From Callorhinchus milii (taxonomy: Eukaryota): a stretch of 64,000 nt of DNA. Shown here one piece after another: positions 37,988-51,262 of this stretch. Location: the NCBI RefSeq assembly GCF_018977255.1, contig NW_024704743.1:61754001-61818000 (forward strand). Reading direction: 5' to 3'. The position numbers and the translations under genes were made by a program. The notes under the pieces were generated by a model. The model made no database searches. It was not told where the DNA came from and saw only the letters and a program-made list of their open reading frames with translations. The number at the start of each line of letters is the position of its first letter. Position 1 is the stretch's first letter.

Positions 37988-38509
37988 AATCAGCATGGTC
38001 ATCAATCCAATTTTGTGGTGGGCCAACTTTAACCTGCTGCAGAAAGGATTGTGTATCATTGCCATTGTTTTTACTGCTCAGTTCTGAAAAAAGACTCAGA
38101 CTGCTATTATAAATGGGACTCAACTCGATGTAAATGAAAACAGCCTCCTTGAAAGATGTGTAAACCTATTAAAGTCCGGTTGCTACCAGTAGAACTAATC
38201 CAGCCATATAAAAGTAGTTTATCTTTGGGATGGAAGATATACATTCACACTTAAAGAACATTCATTGTTTGAAAGTAAAGAAACTGAAGGCTGACTGTCC
38301 AAAAGTTAACTTAACTTCTTTCACTACCAGAGTTCACTTGAAGGAATATTAACATTGAATGAAAATGACAGGTTGTCACGTTTGTCATTCTTCTTGAAGA
38401 AAACAGTCATTCATATCATAACATAATGGTTGAGATGTCATGAGAGACACATTTTGCCACACCTACCTTCAGGTCAGTATCCTCAGGGAGCACATTTTTT
38501 TGTTTTAAG

Positions 38510-38975
38510 GGAGCGGAGTGGCTGGTGTATCATCATGACTTACGTGAATAGGAGATGGTTCAGGAAGAGAGGGGAGCAAGGGAATCGAGAATGGAGGAGA
38601 GAGAGCTGTGGAGAAGAGTGACCAAGGAGGATATGTCATTGTTGGAGGAAGCCCGGAGCAGAAGGAGTTCAGATGACTCCAAGGCAGTCGAGAGGGAGGG
38701 GGGGGAGATTTTTTTCCAGGGGTGGTAGGAGATGGAGGTGGGTTGGGTGGCAGTGGGGAGAGGGATTGGGGAGTTAAGGGAGATGAAGTGATGGTCCGAG
38801 ATCACTTTGTCGATGATGGTGAAGTCCGAGTTGGTGAGGCCCCGAGTGATCACCAGCTCGAGGGGCTGACCGTGGATGTAGGTGACAGAATGGATGTGGA
38901 TGGGGAGGTTGAGGGAGGAGATAAAGGAGGAAAAGTCAGCAGAGTAGGAGGGGCTGAAGTGAAGGGGAGTTAGTG
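38510..38975 (-). pseudogene. L2 ORF2 apurinic-endonuclease domain fragment
   Basis: TYIHGQPLELVITRGL...ISDHHFI (cf. PTH..GHTLDLV...SDH), then SSLSSILDSLAP. Confidence 0.85.
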
Positions 38976-39109
38976 GGAAATGAGCTTAGTCTGATTCAGT
39001 GGCTGGCATAGCAAGGGCCAGCTTTGGGACCAGCCATGGTGACAAATTGACCAGGAGGGGCTGGGAGATTACATTCATGGACCACAAGATATTTAATACA
39101 TTTTTTTTT

Positions 39110-39433
39110 AATAATAATAATAATCCTTGCATTTGATATAGCGTTTTTCACGTCGGGAGGACGTCCCAAAGCGCTTCACAGAACACACTGTAAAGTGAAT
39201 TGACTGTATATATGTGGGCGAACGCGGCAGCCAAATGCGCACAGCAATGTCCCACAAACAGTCATAGATTGAAAATGACCGAATTTATTATTGTTTTTGG
39301 TTTTTTGGAGGGATTATTATTATTAGGCGTGTGGAGTAAGGAAACTTGCCCAAGGTTTCGCCCTCTGCCTGGAATTGAACTCAGGTCTCTCACTTGCAAA
39401 GCGAGTGCTCTAACCACTGAGCTACAGGACTCC
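39110..39433 (-). mobile_element. SINE family A, full length, short subtype
   Basis: Reverse-complement head CTAACCACTGAGCTACAGGACTCC; (AAT)n tail. Confidence 0.9.
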
Positions 39434-40872
39434 ACATTTCCCTGTCATCTGCTGAACTTCAAGCGGCCCCCAGGCCAACACTCCTCAGTGGCTTCATCTG
39501 AGAAGCTGGCCATGTCACTCATTGGATTTCTGGCTCATCTATCGCAGCATCAATGATACACAAATCTTCTTCCTTGTGTCTCTCTTGTTTTTTAAAGGGA
39601 AATATGCAGTGCATGAGCAGCTCAATAATCTTGAGATAAAAGCCTCTCGATATATTTTGAAGAATAAGCACTGAGGTTGATATCTACACAGCGAAGGATC
39701 CACTAGTACCTTTTTCCCCTTCACCTCGCCCCTTCTGCCAGTAGATGCTGTTGTTTGGAACAATATTTGTTTGAAATGTAATGAAGCTCATTGAAGCAGA
39801 GCCAAAAGAAACCCACAAACAAAGACAGAAGATTAAACATTCCTTTCACAATGGCTGAACAAGACCTCTGAGTGGATTTGCATTGCCCTCTCTATAGTTA
39901 TGCTAATTTGAGCTAATGCATTATTTAGATTGCAAAAAGCAAAGTAGGATTTAATTATATAAATACACCTCAAAGGTGCATTCTGTGTATACTCCAGCTG
40001 TTTACCATTACATTGATCATTTCAAGAAAGTCTTAAAATTACTTATTCAGCCGAATGATTGGACCTCAAGGGGTTTATGCTGGTATCAAGTACTCAGAGA
40101 AGCTCCTCCGAGATACCACTCCACATGATTGTTGTTGTATCTTTCTTTACATTTGTAAACAAAGGAGCGCCATTTCTCACATAAAAGTTATCCTCTCTTG
40201 GTCATGTGTCATTTTAGAGTGTTTTATGTGCCAATTATTGGGAGAATATTAGTGAACTTGTCACCAGATTGATTTATATGAATCAACACTTAGCAATGTT
40301 TGGAGATTTTATCTTTTTCGTTGGTTTCCCTGGAAACTCAACAGATTTTTTCAAGTACCAGAATATTTAAAATCATTTTAAGCCTGATATTCCACCTAGT
40401 TTTATCTTACAAGTTGATTTTGTCTTCAAAATTCAGATTGTATGGAATTGTAGAAAAGCCTTAAATTAGAAGCAGGGCATTGAAATATATGTAGACACCA
40501 GTTTCCACATTAAGACTGAATTTAAGAATGTTTTGCCTGATCTTACATTTAAGACAAGATGGTTTTACAGAATGTGGCTGGGTGGAATTTCAGACCTTAT
40601 TGAAGGATTAACCATCTATGTTTACTACTCTGTCAGTCCAGTGACAGATGCATATTCGCTTCCCTTGCATTCTAATAGCTGAGATGTATCTGGTGCTGCT
40701 TTTTGAGCATCTGGTTCCAATGCTTCAAGATGCAGTGCTAAAGTGCAGGTAATGCCACAATTCGAATATCCATCTCTGTTAATTTGCCTCCGCACCTCCA
40801 GAGGGAAGTTGCAGCAAGATAACCAGCAAGATCAAATCTTCTCCTAGGAGGAGTGTTGGAGTTGGGTTCCTG

Positions 40873-41093
40873 CAATCCCTTTGCCTCGCTTCCTCCCTTG
40901 CCTCCTTCGAGGCCAGTCTTAAGACCCTCCTCTTCGATCGTGCCTTCAGTCACCCTCCCACCTCTCTGCCTTCCCTTACCCCTACCCCACCCCTCCCCCA
41001 TGCTCGGGTCCTGACCCCTGACTGTCCAGCGCCTTGGGATGTCCTCCCGACATGAAAAGTGCTCTATAAATGTAATTTGGTTGTTGTTGTTGT
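40873..41093 (+). mobile_element. L2 3' end
   Basis: CTTAAGACCCTCCTCTTCGATCGTGCCTTCAGTCACC...(TTG)n. Confidence 0.85.
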
Positions 41094-41099
41094 ATTTAT

Positions 41100-41420
41100 C
41101 TTCCTTTTAAACAACCCAATCGATTCTGCCTTTAAAGCTTTCTGAGGTAGAGCATTCCATGTTTTTACAGTCCTCTGTATGAAAAAATGTTTTTCTGACT
41201 TCACTTCTAACTGTCCTAGCTGTAATTTTAAGATTATGTCCTTTGGTCTTGGATCCTGTTACCAGAGGGAAGTGTCTTCCCTTAACCTCCTCAGTACCAA
41301 GGATTCTCCAAGATTCTACTGTGCGTGAAGAGCCCCATATCTAACATTGTTGAATAGAAACAAATTCTACCCAGAATCTCACCACAGCTAACACCGTTCA
41401 TCCCAGATATTAATCTGGCA
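41100..41420 (-). mobile_element. CR1 3' fragment
   Basis: CTCTGTATGAAAAAATGTTTT...TTTTAAGATTATGTCCTTTGGT is antisense to KGHNLKI...KHFFIQR. Confidence 0.65.
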
Positions 41421-41694
41421 AATTGTCTATCCCTTTACAGTCCTACAAGTAACAGTGAGAATAGTGTATGTGTTGCAAAGTAAGTGTATTATTGGGATTG
41501 AGGATTTTGACAAGAGTGCCAGTTAATGCTATAAGTGGTTATTTAAAAGGGCATAATGCATCCAAGGTCAAAAAAATGGAATTTTACATCAGAGCCTGAG
41601 ATAAACATCAGGAAAAACATACTGAAAGTTGGATTGACTATTCATTCATTATTGGCTATTCATCCAGTCAGGCCCACTGTTCCCATATTCTAGT

Positions 41695-42075
41695 TGTGTG
41701 TTAGCCTTGCACACTTGGTAGCACTCTAGCCTTTGATTCACATTGTCCCACATCGGGGCTTTGAACTCATAATCTAGGCTGATGCTCCAGTGTTGTGGTG
41801 GAGGATGTGCTATTTTGTTGGTGGTGTCATCCTTCAGAAAGACAGCAATGTGTCCTTTTAAAGAGAAGGGAGTTTCTTCCAGTGCCTAGCCAATAATCCC
41901 CCCCGCAAAAAAATTTGGGCATTCAATTCAAAGCTGTTTGTGGGACATTGCTAATTGCAAATTAGCTGCCATGTTCACCTACAAAATATAGTCATTGTAT
42001 TTTACAGAATATCCTGCAAAACACTTTGAGATTGCCTCCTGTTATAAACACTGTTATATCAAGGATTATTATTAT
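41695..42075 (+). mobile_element. SINE family B, near full length
   Basis: GTGTGTTAGCCTTG..TTGGTAGCACTCT...ATCTAGGCTGA...GCTGTTTGTGGGACATTGC...GGATTATTATT. Confidence 0.8.
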
Positions 42076-42859
42076 TTAAGAACTAATCTATCATTGCTTC
42101 CACCCCATTTCCTTCAATCACCTGAGGGAAAAATATTCCCTGTTCCCAGAATAATTAAGATAAAGCTCTAGCATATTCATCCAATCCCACACTTTCACTA
42201 TTGAAGACAATTCATGCCTTCTCCCTCTCACAGACTCAAGCATTTAGTCCCTTCAAAATATTCCCTACCTCCCCATCTCCCTTCCAGCTTGGGCTCCCTT
42301 AGTCTTTATAAACTTTGAGAAGTTCTCCTTTTGTGAAAGGCGCTATATAAATGCAAATTGTTGTTGTTTATACTTCAACCCTTCCCCATCCGTAAATATA
42401 TCCCCTTTGTTGGAGGGACATTTAGCTCAGTGTGTTGGACTAAAATGCTCCTAAGTATCAATATTGAAACATATTAATAGAAAATCACGTGCGGCAATGA
42501 GTTACCTATTCTACAAGGCATGCCAGCTCAGGTTAAATACCATTGTTAAATATTTCAATGTGAAATGACTGCCAACAGATGGTTGTGAGACTGAAGTTTA
42601 AAATCATGGAAATCCCACCATGATCTCAGGAAGGACATCAAGCCCCCACTGTGGCTATTTTGAAACAAACATATTGAGGGAAATTAACAGCAGGAAGAGC
42701 TCTGTTACTAACCATATTAAAAAGAAGCTGGGGTTTAATGTAAAGTATATATGGGGTTTATGTTAATAAGATTCCTTAATGAAATCTGAGTGGGGCTTGT
42801 GGACGACTGGACACATGGATGGGTGGGGATGAGGGGACGGACGAAACGATGGAAATTTA

Positions 42860-43078
42860 CTTGCATTTTTATAACACCTTAAAATGTTGAAACGTTTTAA
42901 AATGATTTACAGTAGCTGTACACAAGTGTATTGACTGTTTTGTAGGCAAACAATGCACAGTACAGTCTGACAAACAGTGAATAATTAATTCAACTCAAAG
43001 CCTGTTGGTTGGAACATTGGAAGAAATTCCCTTCTCTTTTCAAGTCATGTCATGGGATCTTTAACATTCACCTGAAGA
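42860..43078 (-). mobile_element. SINE family B 3' half
   Basis: CATGGGATCTTTAACATTCACCTGAA. Confidence 0.6.
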
Positions 43079-43413
43079 CCAGGCAAGTGTGAACGGTTAA
43101 GGAACTGTGCATTTTAGCTCTCGTTTTGTAGAGGAAATACAGGTGCAATGCTGAGCCAACTTGAAATGAGACAAGGTATAAAACAAATGAAAGCAAATAG
43201 CTATTGAACAATTTGATTGTACTGTGATTATTTGATAGATAACTTTTCCAAAAGAGCTGAGAAAATATGGAAAACAACAATCACAACAAATTACATTTGT
43301 GAAAGAAACTGGTACAGATGTATTCAGCTATCAGGATCTCATTCATTCCAAATGCACCTTTGAGACTCACACTGACAAGTCAGCAATTGGTAGCCAAGGG
43401 TGTTTGTGGTCTA

Positions 43414-43433
43414 TAAGTGCCCTCTAGTGCTGA
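43414..43433 (-). promoter_or_regulatory. CTCF-like binding motif
   Basis: Minus strand CAGCACTAGAGGGCAC versus consensus CCACYAGRKGGCRS (1 mismatch) in non-repeat sequence. Confidence 0.4.
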
Positions 43434-43495
43434 ACACAGGACATATTCCAATGGTTACAGAAATGTGTACTGAATGGATCCTATACCTTTAAGAG

Positions 43496-44650
43496 CATAA
43501 GAACATAAGAAATGCTAGACAAAAAAAGATCAAGGTCCATCTAGTTCGCCTTCCACCTTCCTGGTGGTCACATGCACATATGTCCCGAACTACCTATGTA
43601 CTGTATCTCATAATGTTATTTCCTAAAAGAAAACTATCTAATCTGTGTTTGAAAGAATCAACACTTCCTGCTTCAAATATCTCCCTAAGGAACCTGTTCC
43701 ACCCGTTCACTATTCGCTCACTAAAATAGTGTTTGTGTAGATTCATTCTGAATTTACCCCCCTTCAAACGTAGGCCCTGTCCTCTGGTTTTACTGTTGTG
43801 GATATGTCGAAACAGCCTGTTATGATCTATATTGTCTTGCCTATTTAGAATCTTAAAGGAAGCAATCATGTCGCCTATCAATCTTCTCTTTTCCAGCGTG
43901 AACATGGCCAATTTACTTAGTCGTTCCTGATAGTCCAGTCCTTCCATTCCCTCAATCATTTTGGTTGGCCTCCTCTGTATCTTCTCGATTGCTCCAATAT
44001 CCTTTTTGTACTGTGGCGACCACAACTGTACACAGTACTCTAAGTATGGTCTCACCAATGATTTATACAGTGGCAGGATTAGCCCACTAATTGTTATTAG
44101 TTTTTGTTATTAGTAATTGGCTTGTTATTGATCTTTTGATACATCCCGACATCTGGTTTGTTTTATTCACTGACACAGAGCATTGTTGGGAGAGTTCAAT
44201 TTATTGTCAATCAGGACCCCCAGGTCCTTTTCATCTTACATACATATTATTTTCCTTCCGTTCAAATAATAGTCCCTTCCAGGATTTTTTGTCCCCATGT
44301 GAAGTACTTTACATTTTTCCACATTGAATCTACCACCAGTCTGCCCAATTCCCAAGTATGTTCAAATCCTCCTGTAACCTCCTGTAAACAATCTACCACC
44401 TTCATTAGTTTGATGTCACCTGCAAACTTAGCTACTGTGCTTGCGACTCCTAGTTCCAGATCATTCATAAGAATATTGAACAAAAGAGGTCCCAAAACAG
44501 ACCCTTGTGGAACTGCAATGGTAACATTTTCCCAGTCTGATGACATTCCCTGTAACACCACCCTCTGGGTTTTTCCAGTCAAACAATTGGGTATCCATTG
44601 TAATATTCTTCCACTGATTCCTTCTTTCTTTACTTTCAGTAACAGCCTTT
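43496..44650 (-). pseudogene. CR1 LINE ORF2 RT and C-terminal region, about 1.15 kb, 5'-truncated
   Basis: VPQGSVLGPLLFNILMNDL...KFAGDIKL; VRPYLEYCVQLWSP...LEKRRL..TRGQGLRLKGGKFR..YFSERIVNGWN; (TTCTTATG)n 3' tail. Confidence 0.95.
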
Positions 44651-44822
44651 ATCCTTCATTTATTTTTTAAAAAAGATGTGATTTCTGCAGTAAGTAAATG
44701 TCATCGGATATCCATCAGAAGCCCAATGACTGGTAGTGTCACAGTGCTTCGAGAGGATGGGGACAATAGCTGATGGCTGATGGCTGTTTGAGCCACACAT
44801 CTACACTTTGGTCAGCCAGGAG

Positions 44823-44983
44823 TCTGACACATGCGGAAACCCATCCCCAGGCTTAAGAGTATCCAAACCAAACTGAGATTTCCATGTATCCCACTTACAC
44901 ATGGAAATCCCAGTGATAGATTGTTGGAATGGAATACGGACTCTCTCCCTGAAGGGACACATCCTGCTTACCTAATTTCCGAA
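44823..44983 (+). repeat. Unclassified interspersed repeat with internal stem-loop
   Basis: Ungapped homology to 62641-62802 (-); hairpin GATTTCCATGT/ACATGGAAATC at 44877-44909. Confidence 0.85.
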
Positions 44984-46894
44984 GGTTTTAGGCACAGGTT
45001 GGCAAGAGCAGAGGCTTGGAGCCCCCAGAGCGTGTGTTGGGGTACTGCTGGAGTCTAACCAGCTAAAACCGCATAGCTTGCCAGTGATGTTGCTTTCTGA
45101 CAAGCTTTCCTGCTTGTCCAGCGAGGACCACCTGACCAGTTAGGGCTTTGGCTTGCAGAGTATAATTTAAATTAGGTAACTTTAAGTTAAGTAATCAGAC
45201 ACATGACACATGTTCTATTTGCAGGTTGTCAAACAAAAAGTTACATCAATTCGAAGATGAGCTGAAGTATGTTAAAAGGCATATTTTGTGATAATTTTAA
45301 TATACCACAGTTGAGACCATAGATCAACTAATTTGTTAGTCAGTAAGCTGACTACATTCATCAACAAAATACACAGTCACTACACTTTACAGTGTTACCA
45401 TGCTTAGAGTTGTCCTCCTGATGTGAAAAGTGCTATATCAAATGCAAGGATTATTATGATTAATATTAACCTATATTTATATATATTAGTATTTTACAAA
45501 AGTATTTTTACTATGATACAAATACAAAGTACATTAGACAGAATCATATGTACAGTGTTTTAAAAGTTACAAAGGATATTCAATAAACAGAATTGTTCTC
45601 CCATGTATGCCTATAACTATAGTGAAGCTGCTGTTAATTTGGAGTTGAGATGGGAAAAGAAGAATATGGGAGGGAGTATGGAAACTCGTGAAGTATGAAA
45701 TCTTTCATGTGGTGACCACAAAACGTTAACAAATGTAAATATACTGTAACTTGGATTTGTAGTTAAAGTAGTTTAACATGTTCTAGATATTTTATCTAAA
45801 AATCTTTGGTTGCAACAATAACTTCTACTTTTATAATGTCTTCACTTAGGATGAGAATCAAAATAATTCATAAAGGAAGCACTGACCAAGGAGGAAAGTA
45901 ATGGTTAGTTTAAAGATGTTGATAAAAGCAGGAAAGGACCTGTTTTCAAGAGGGATCTTTCGCATTCCAGATACAATTCAGATTTCTTCATAAAGAAGTA
46001 GAATATATCACAGCATTTTGTAAGGGAATCAGACAAGTATTTGCAAAGGAAAATATGAAAGGATATAGTGAAAAGCAGAAGAATGGGGTCCAAACAGGTA
46101 GTTCTCTTACAGACAAAATACAGGCAAAATGGGCCAAATGGCCTTCTTCTGTTCTGTACCATTCTATGATTCTTTGCACGTATCATGGGTCAAAGTGGCA
46201 AATTCACCTAAAAATATAAACCAAGTAATGATTAATGATGTCTCATTATGAGTAACACACATCATTACATCTATTAGGGATTGTAATGCATTCTAAGAAT
46301 CCTTTAATGTCAAATGATTTGGGCTAAACATTGAAACCAGTTCACTGCTTTAACAGTGCCTTGTTGTTCTATTATTCAACACTTTGCTGCTTTTTCACAT
46401 TATTTTCCATTCAAAAAAATGTAGAATTTAGTTAATCTGACCTTAGATCACAATAAAATGGTAAGCAACAGCAATTTCATGGTCATTGTGAATGTTGTTT
46501 GGAAGGAAAAACGTAGGTGTTGTGAAGCGCTTTGAGATTTCCTCCAGACGTGAATGGCTCTATAGGAAATACAATAACTATTTATTATTATTTTAAGGAA
46601 GATCATTGAAGATCATTCACTTTTCGGTCAAGATATGTTTAAAGTTTTCCTTTGTGCTGTGCCCTTGAATATTAGAGCATTTCATGTAAACATTCTCAAG
46701 GGTTGGCTTAATCGGAGGTTTAATGATCACATATCATGTTCTGCACAAATCTTGATTGAGTCAATAATGCCATGAATCCAATAGAACTGTTATACCAATT
46801 TAATTTTCTCAAGGGCAAAGTGACAAAGGGATATAATATCTAGAAGACAATCTAAAATATAATTAGGCTCCCAAATGAACAATGAACAACTGAG

Positions 46895-47070
46895 GTGTCG
46901 AAGTCTGCCTTGTTGTCGGATTGTTTTGCATTTCAAAGGATCCATCCTTATGTTGGCAAAAGCAATTATTTTGTGGAACATTGCTGTATGCAAATTGGTT
47001 GCTGCATTTGCCTACAAAATATACAGTCACTACACTTTACACTAAATCTTGGAAGCACTTTGAGATATTC
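46895..47070 (+). mobile_element. SINE 3' fragment (family B-like)
   Basis: TTGTGGAACATTGCTGTATGCAAATTGG...CAGTCACTACACTTTAC...AAGCACTTTGAGA. Confidence 0.6.
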
Positions 47071-48172
47071 AACCACCTTGCCTGTGTCATGTTAGCTCCC
47101 CCTGGAGGTATTGAATCCTATTTTCCTGTTCTTTCTCCATACCCTGTTATATCCTTAATCTTCAAGTGTTTCCCTAAGTCTCAATAAAGTAGTTGATGCA
47201 TTTTTAATTGTGTCCTTCAGAAAATAACTGGATAAGCATTAAAATTGCAGATAGTACTAGAGAATATAGGAATAGGTGCAGACTGAGATGAACAAATACT
47301 CTGTGGGACATCATCGGTATAGTTTAATAACCTCTCAATAACCTACACTAAATTTGTACATTTCTATCTATCTCCCTGAAGTTTAATATTATAAATGTTA
47401 AACGTCAGAGAGATGGATGGTAATGTAACTACATCAGACATGAAGGATGAGTTATAAATTGCAAGGCTTATCATATTTATTTATCCTGGAATTTAAGTTG
47501 TGGCAGATGGGAGAATCTGTTGCGAATCTTATGAACACCTGTTCATAAGCTTTAAAATACGTCATCTCCGCATTAATTTTAAGACCATTTCCCATGACTT
47601 CAAAAGACACCAGCAACCATCTAATTAGCATAGACATTTGGCTATCCTCCTCATCAATGAGTGCCTAACAATAAATGTGAGACATAAATATGAATATTTA
47701 ATACAATGAACTTTTCTGAGCCTGAGGAAAGACAATTTATAACAATTGTGGCACATTTCTAAATGAATCTCCCTCATCACCCATTTTTATAACACTACTT
47801 GAGGCTACAAGGTTTCAATTCCCAAACACAGGTTTTGAATTCCCTCCCCCGTCCCCCCCCCGCACCCCCCCGACCTCTGAATAACAGTTGTGACAAAATC
47901 CGATACAGATGTTGGAATCTCACTTAGCAACTTTCAGGTATTGCTTTGCACAATATTGATTTAGATAAGTTATGCTGTAAGGCAGAACTGAAAGACTGCA
48001 ATCCAAGATCCAAAGGATGGACCTTTTCCATTAAACAAACATCACAAATCCAATCAGAACTATATTTGTCTTTCACGGCTGACATTTTGTAAGGACACAC
48101 GCGCACACACACAGGTAGACACACATCCCCCAGCTCTCCCCCAAAGTAGTCACTGCTTTATTTTACCTCAAT

Positions 48173-48395
48173 GCACAGATCACAAGATCACAGGATTGGT
48201 CTGGATGATGAAAGCCCTATGGCCCAGAACACCCACCCTACCGTTCTCCCATCACGGCATCAAGCTTCTTTTTAATTGAGTCCAGTGTCCTGGTACTGTT
48301 CCCATTGTTGATTACCCTCTGTGTAAAGATAAACATCCTAGTATCTGTGCTGAATTTGCCCTTTACAAGTCTAAACCCTCTTGTTCTTCGGTCTT
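48173..48395 (-). mobile_element. CR1 3' end
   Basis: TRGFRLVKGKFSTDTRMFIFTQRVINNGN...LDSIKKKLD; GATCACAAGATCAC tail. Confidence 0.85.
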
Positions 48396-48402
48396 CATGC
48401 AT

Positions 48403-48668
48403 CCTGGGTTCGATTCCTGGCAGGGTGAAACCTTGGGCAAGTTTTCTTATTCGACACGCCCGATAATAATCCCTCAAGAAAAAAAGTAATAATTTGGTCA
48501 CTTCAATCCATGACTGTTTGTGGGACACTACTGTGCGCAATTGGCTGCCGCGTTTCGCTCACAAAAATACAATCAATTCACATTACAGTATATTTTGTGA
48601 AGCACTTTGAGACATCTAGAAGACATGAAAAGTGCTATATCAAATGCAAGGATTATTATTATTATTAT
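48403..48668 (+). mobile_element. SINE family A, short subtype, 5'-truncated
   Basis: GGGTTCGATTCCTGG B-box; body; (ATT)n tail. Confidence 0.9.
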
Positions 48669-48700
48669 ATCCTAAAGTATTGGTCTGGGTTATTTTTATT

Positions 48701-49067
48701 AATAATAACAATTTGCATTTGATGTAGTGCCTCGTCATGTCATTGCAATGTCTCAGAACCCTTCATAGAAAATAATGTAAAGTGAATTCACTATGTATTT
48801 TGTGGGCAAAACGTGGCAACCAATTGCGCACAGCAGTATCCCACAAACAGTCATGGATTGAGTGACCAATTTGTTTGCAGGGGGAAGGATTATCACCACT
48901 GAAAAGTGAAAAGCTAATCGACGAACAACTGTGTTCCCACTTACTGCTAGGTAAACAGAGGCGTGTGGAGTAAGGAAACTTGCATAAGGTTTCACCCCAT
49001 CTGGAAACCGAACCCGGGTCCTCTCGCTTCCGAGGCCGGTGCACTAACCACTACGCTAAGGGACTCC
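48701..49067 (-). mobile_element. SINE family A, long subtype
   Basis: CGAACCCGGGTCCTCTCGC...CTAACCACTACGCTAAGGGACTCC. Confidence 0.9.
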
Positions 49068-49502
49068 AGTAGTCCCCTCTGAGTCATCTTTTCTCAAGGC
49101 AGAAGAGCTTGTCTTTGTTGTGGTTAGGTTGGTTATTCCGTGGGCCGCTGCAACCTAAAACAAAGCTTTGTGTAGAAATACTGCAATTTTCAACCCTCAT
49201 CTCATACGAGCTTCTTCCATTCCACCATTGATCTCACTCTGGCAGCTCTAGAATTTGTTACTGTGCTTTTCTGAGACTAATTAAAAACATGTCCCACTCA
49301 GAGGAATAGTTGTTTGCAGCTGCTGCAGAAGTGGAAATAAGGCTATTATTTTGTTTCAGATCCAGGGTGATCTGTATTTGTGGGAAACGGAAGAGGTGTT
49401 CATCTTTAGCTGTGTGGTAGTAATTCATTCTGTCTCTATCTCAAATGGTCTTTCAGCTGATTGAACATGGATACCACAGTAAATTCACTCTCCTAGTGGT
49501 TT

Positions 49503-49618
49503 GTTTTGCCCACAAAATATACAGTCAATTCACATTGCAGCATATTCTGTAAAGGGCTTTGAGGCGTCTCGAAGACGTGATAAGGCGCTATATCAAATGC
49601 AAGGATTATTATTATTAT
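49503..49618 (+). mobile_element. SINE family A tail fragment
   Basis: GCCCACAAAATATACAGTCAATTCAC...GGCGCTATATCAAATGCAAGGATTATT. Confidence 0.8.
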
Positions 49619-51069
49619 CTGGCTCATAGTTTTCCATGGAGAGTTGGGGGCTGGGGAGATTAGCTTTCTGAAATGTGTTATGGATGAAGTGCACAGGGAG
49701 GTTAATTTTGTGAAAGGACAATAGAAGTGGTCAAATCAGAAGTAAATATGATACAATTTACAGTTATAGAGCACCTTTCATGTCGAGAGGATGTTCCAAA
49801 GAACATGAAACTGCTGGCTGGGCACCCGGCCTGGGGTTCGGAGCAGAAGAGGGTGGGGAGGAAAGAGATATCGAAAAGCACAGTTAAAGTGTTACGTCTT
49901 GAAATGGACCTCGAATGAGGTGAGGAAGGAGTGAATCAGAGGGACTCCAGAAGTTTTAGAGAGTGAGGGCCTGAAAGCCCAATGTTGGGGCAAATATTGC
50001 TAAATATGTCCTTATTAATTTCCAATATAAGACAGTTTATTGTGTTATGAAGTTCACGCGGTGTAAAATGAGACAGCAGGAATCCGTTGGCAATTGAACA
50101 TGAGCCTTTGATTAATATTGCAATGAAAACTTCTTTTCCCTTGCAGCACAAACACACGAGGAAGAACAAAAGCTTCCCACAGCACAGAGCCTGCAAACCA
50201 TACAGTTCAATCTTTATACCTCTGGAAGCTCAGGAGAAGGGCAGTGGCTCCTTTGAAAACACATTGCAGTGAACACATTCCAGTCATCCTTCTGCTAAAA
50301 ACTATGCTTGAACTTCTCACACTACGAAATTATTAGAAAATCAGAATTATTGTTAAACAATGTTGGTGTATCAAAGTAAAAATGCTATCTTGAAATATAA
50401 ATTATAATTTTTTTTAAAAACTGCTGTATCTAAGCCAAACCCAAAGTACAGTAAATTAGGGACAATGTAATTACATACTTGTCAAAATTGACTTAATAAC
50501 CTAATAGCAAGTTAAACTATAAGTGAAATCAGAGCCCAATAATTATTCATTCCTTGTTATTATCTTCATAGTGATTACTATTATTCTAGTCATTTTTTGT
50601 CTGTACGAATTCTGCTTGGGTCTCCAATATCCCTCCAAGATACTATTTGATGTGCATTATTCTCTCTTTAGGACGAAATACATCTATTGGGAAGCTCAAA
50701 CGCATGCTGTGCTGTCCCCTTCAACACGGTCACCCCAAGCTGAGATTCTGCAGCTGACTTAGGGTCATATCTTCAAAAACAAGGGCAGCAAAAGAGAAAA
50801 GGAAATTATAGAGGTTTTCTTTTAGTAATATGTTGATGAGCATGTAAACAGACTAACCAAACAGGAAGAGGAACAATGAAGTACGGATGGTTTTAAAATG
50901 GAAAGAAGTTCTTCTCAATTAAAAGGAATCAGAGTTATTAGAGATTCTGGGATACATTAAGGAATGTCGTGGTTATGTGGGCTAGCCCTGCCTGAAATTG
51001 TTACTATTGAAAGTTAATTGAATCTTATTACAATTAAATGACTCAAAGCAATGGTTTAATTACTGTCAT

Positions 51070-51262
51070 ACATTGTTTGACATCTACCTGAACAGGCAGA
51101 AGGGACTTTAGTTTATAGTCTCATCCAAATTATGGAAACTCTGGCAAAGCATAGCTCATCCAATTGCACCCCATGTTCACTCAGGAATTAACTCATACAG
51201 CGTTTGAACACATTACCTTCTGACCCAGAGATGGCACAACAACAATGAGCCCAACTGACTTA
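51070..51262 (-). mobile_element. SINE family B fragment
   Basis: ACATCTACCTGAACAGGCAGA...CTCATCC...CCTTCTGACCCAGAG. Confidence 0.6.

Noticed and set aside
44831..45058. Homologous ORFs 44831-45058 (+) and 62609-62794 (-) as a novel small protein family
   Set aside because: Differences between the copies fall almost entirely at codon positions 1 and 2 and change amino acids, and the other frames contain stops; no coding constraint is evident.
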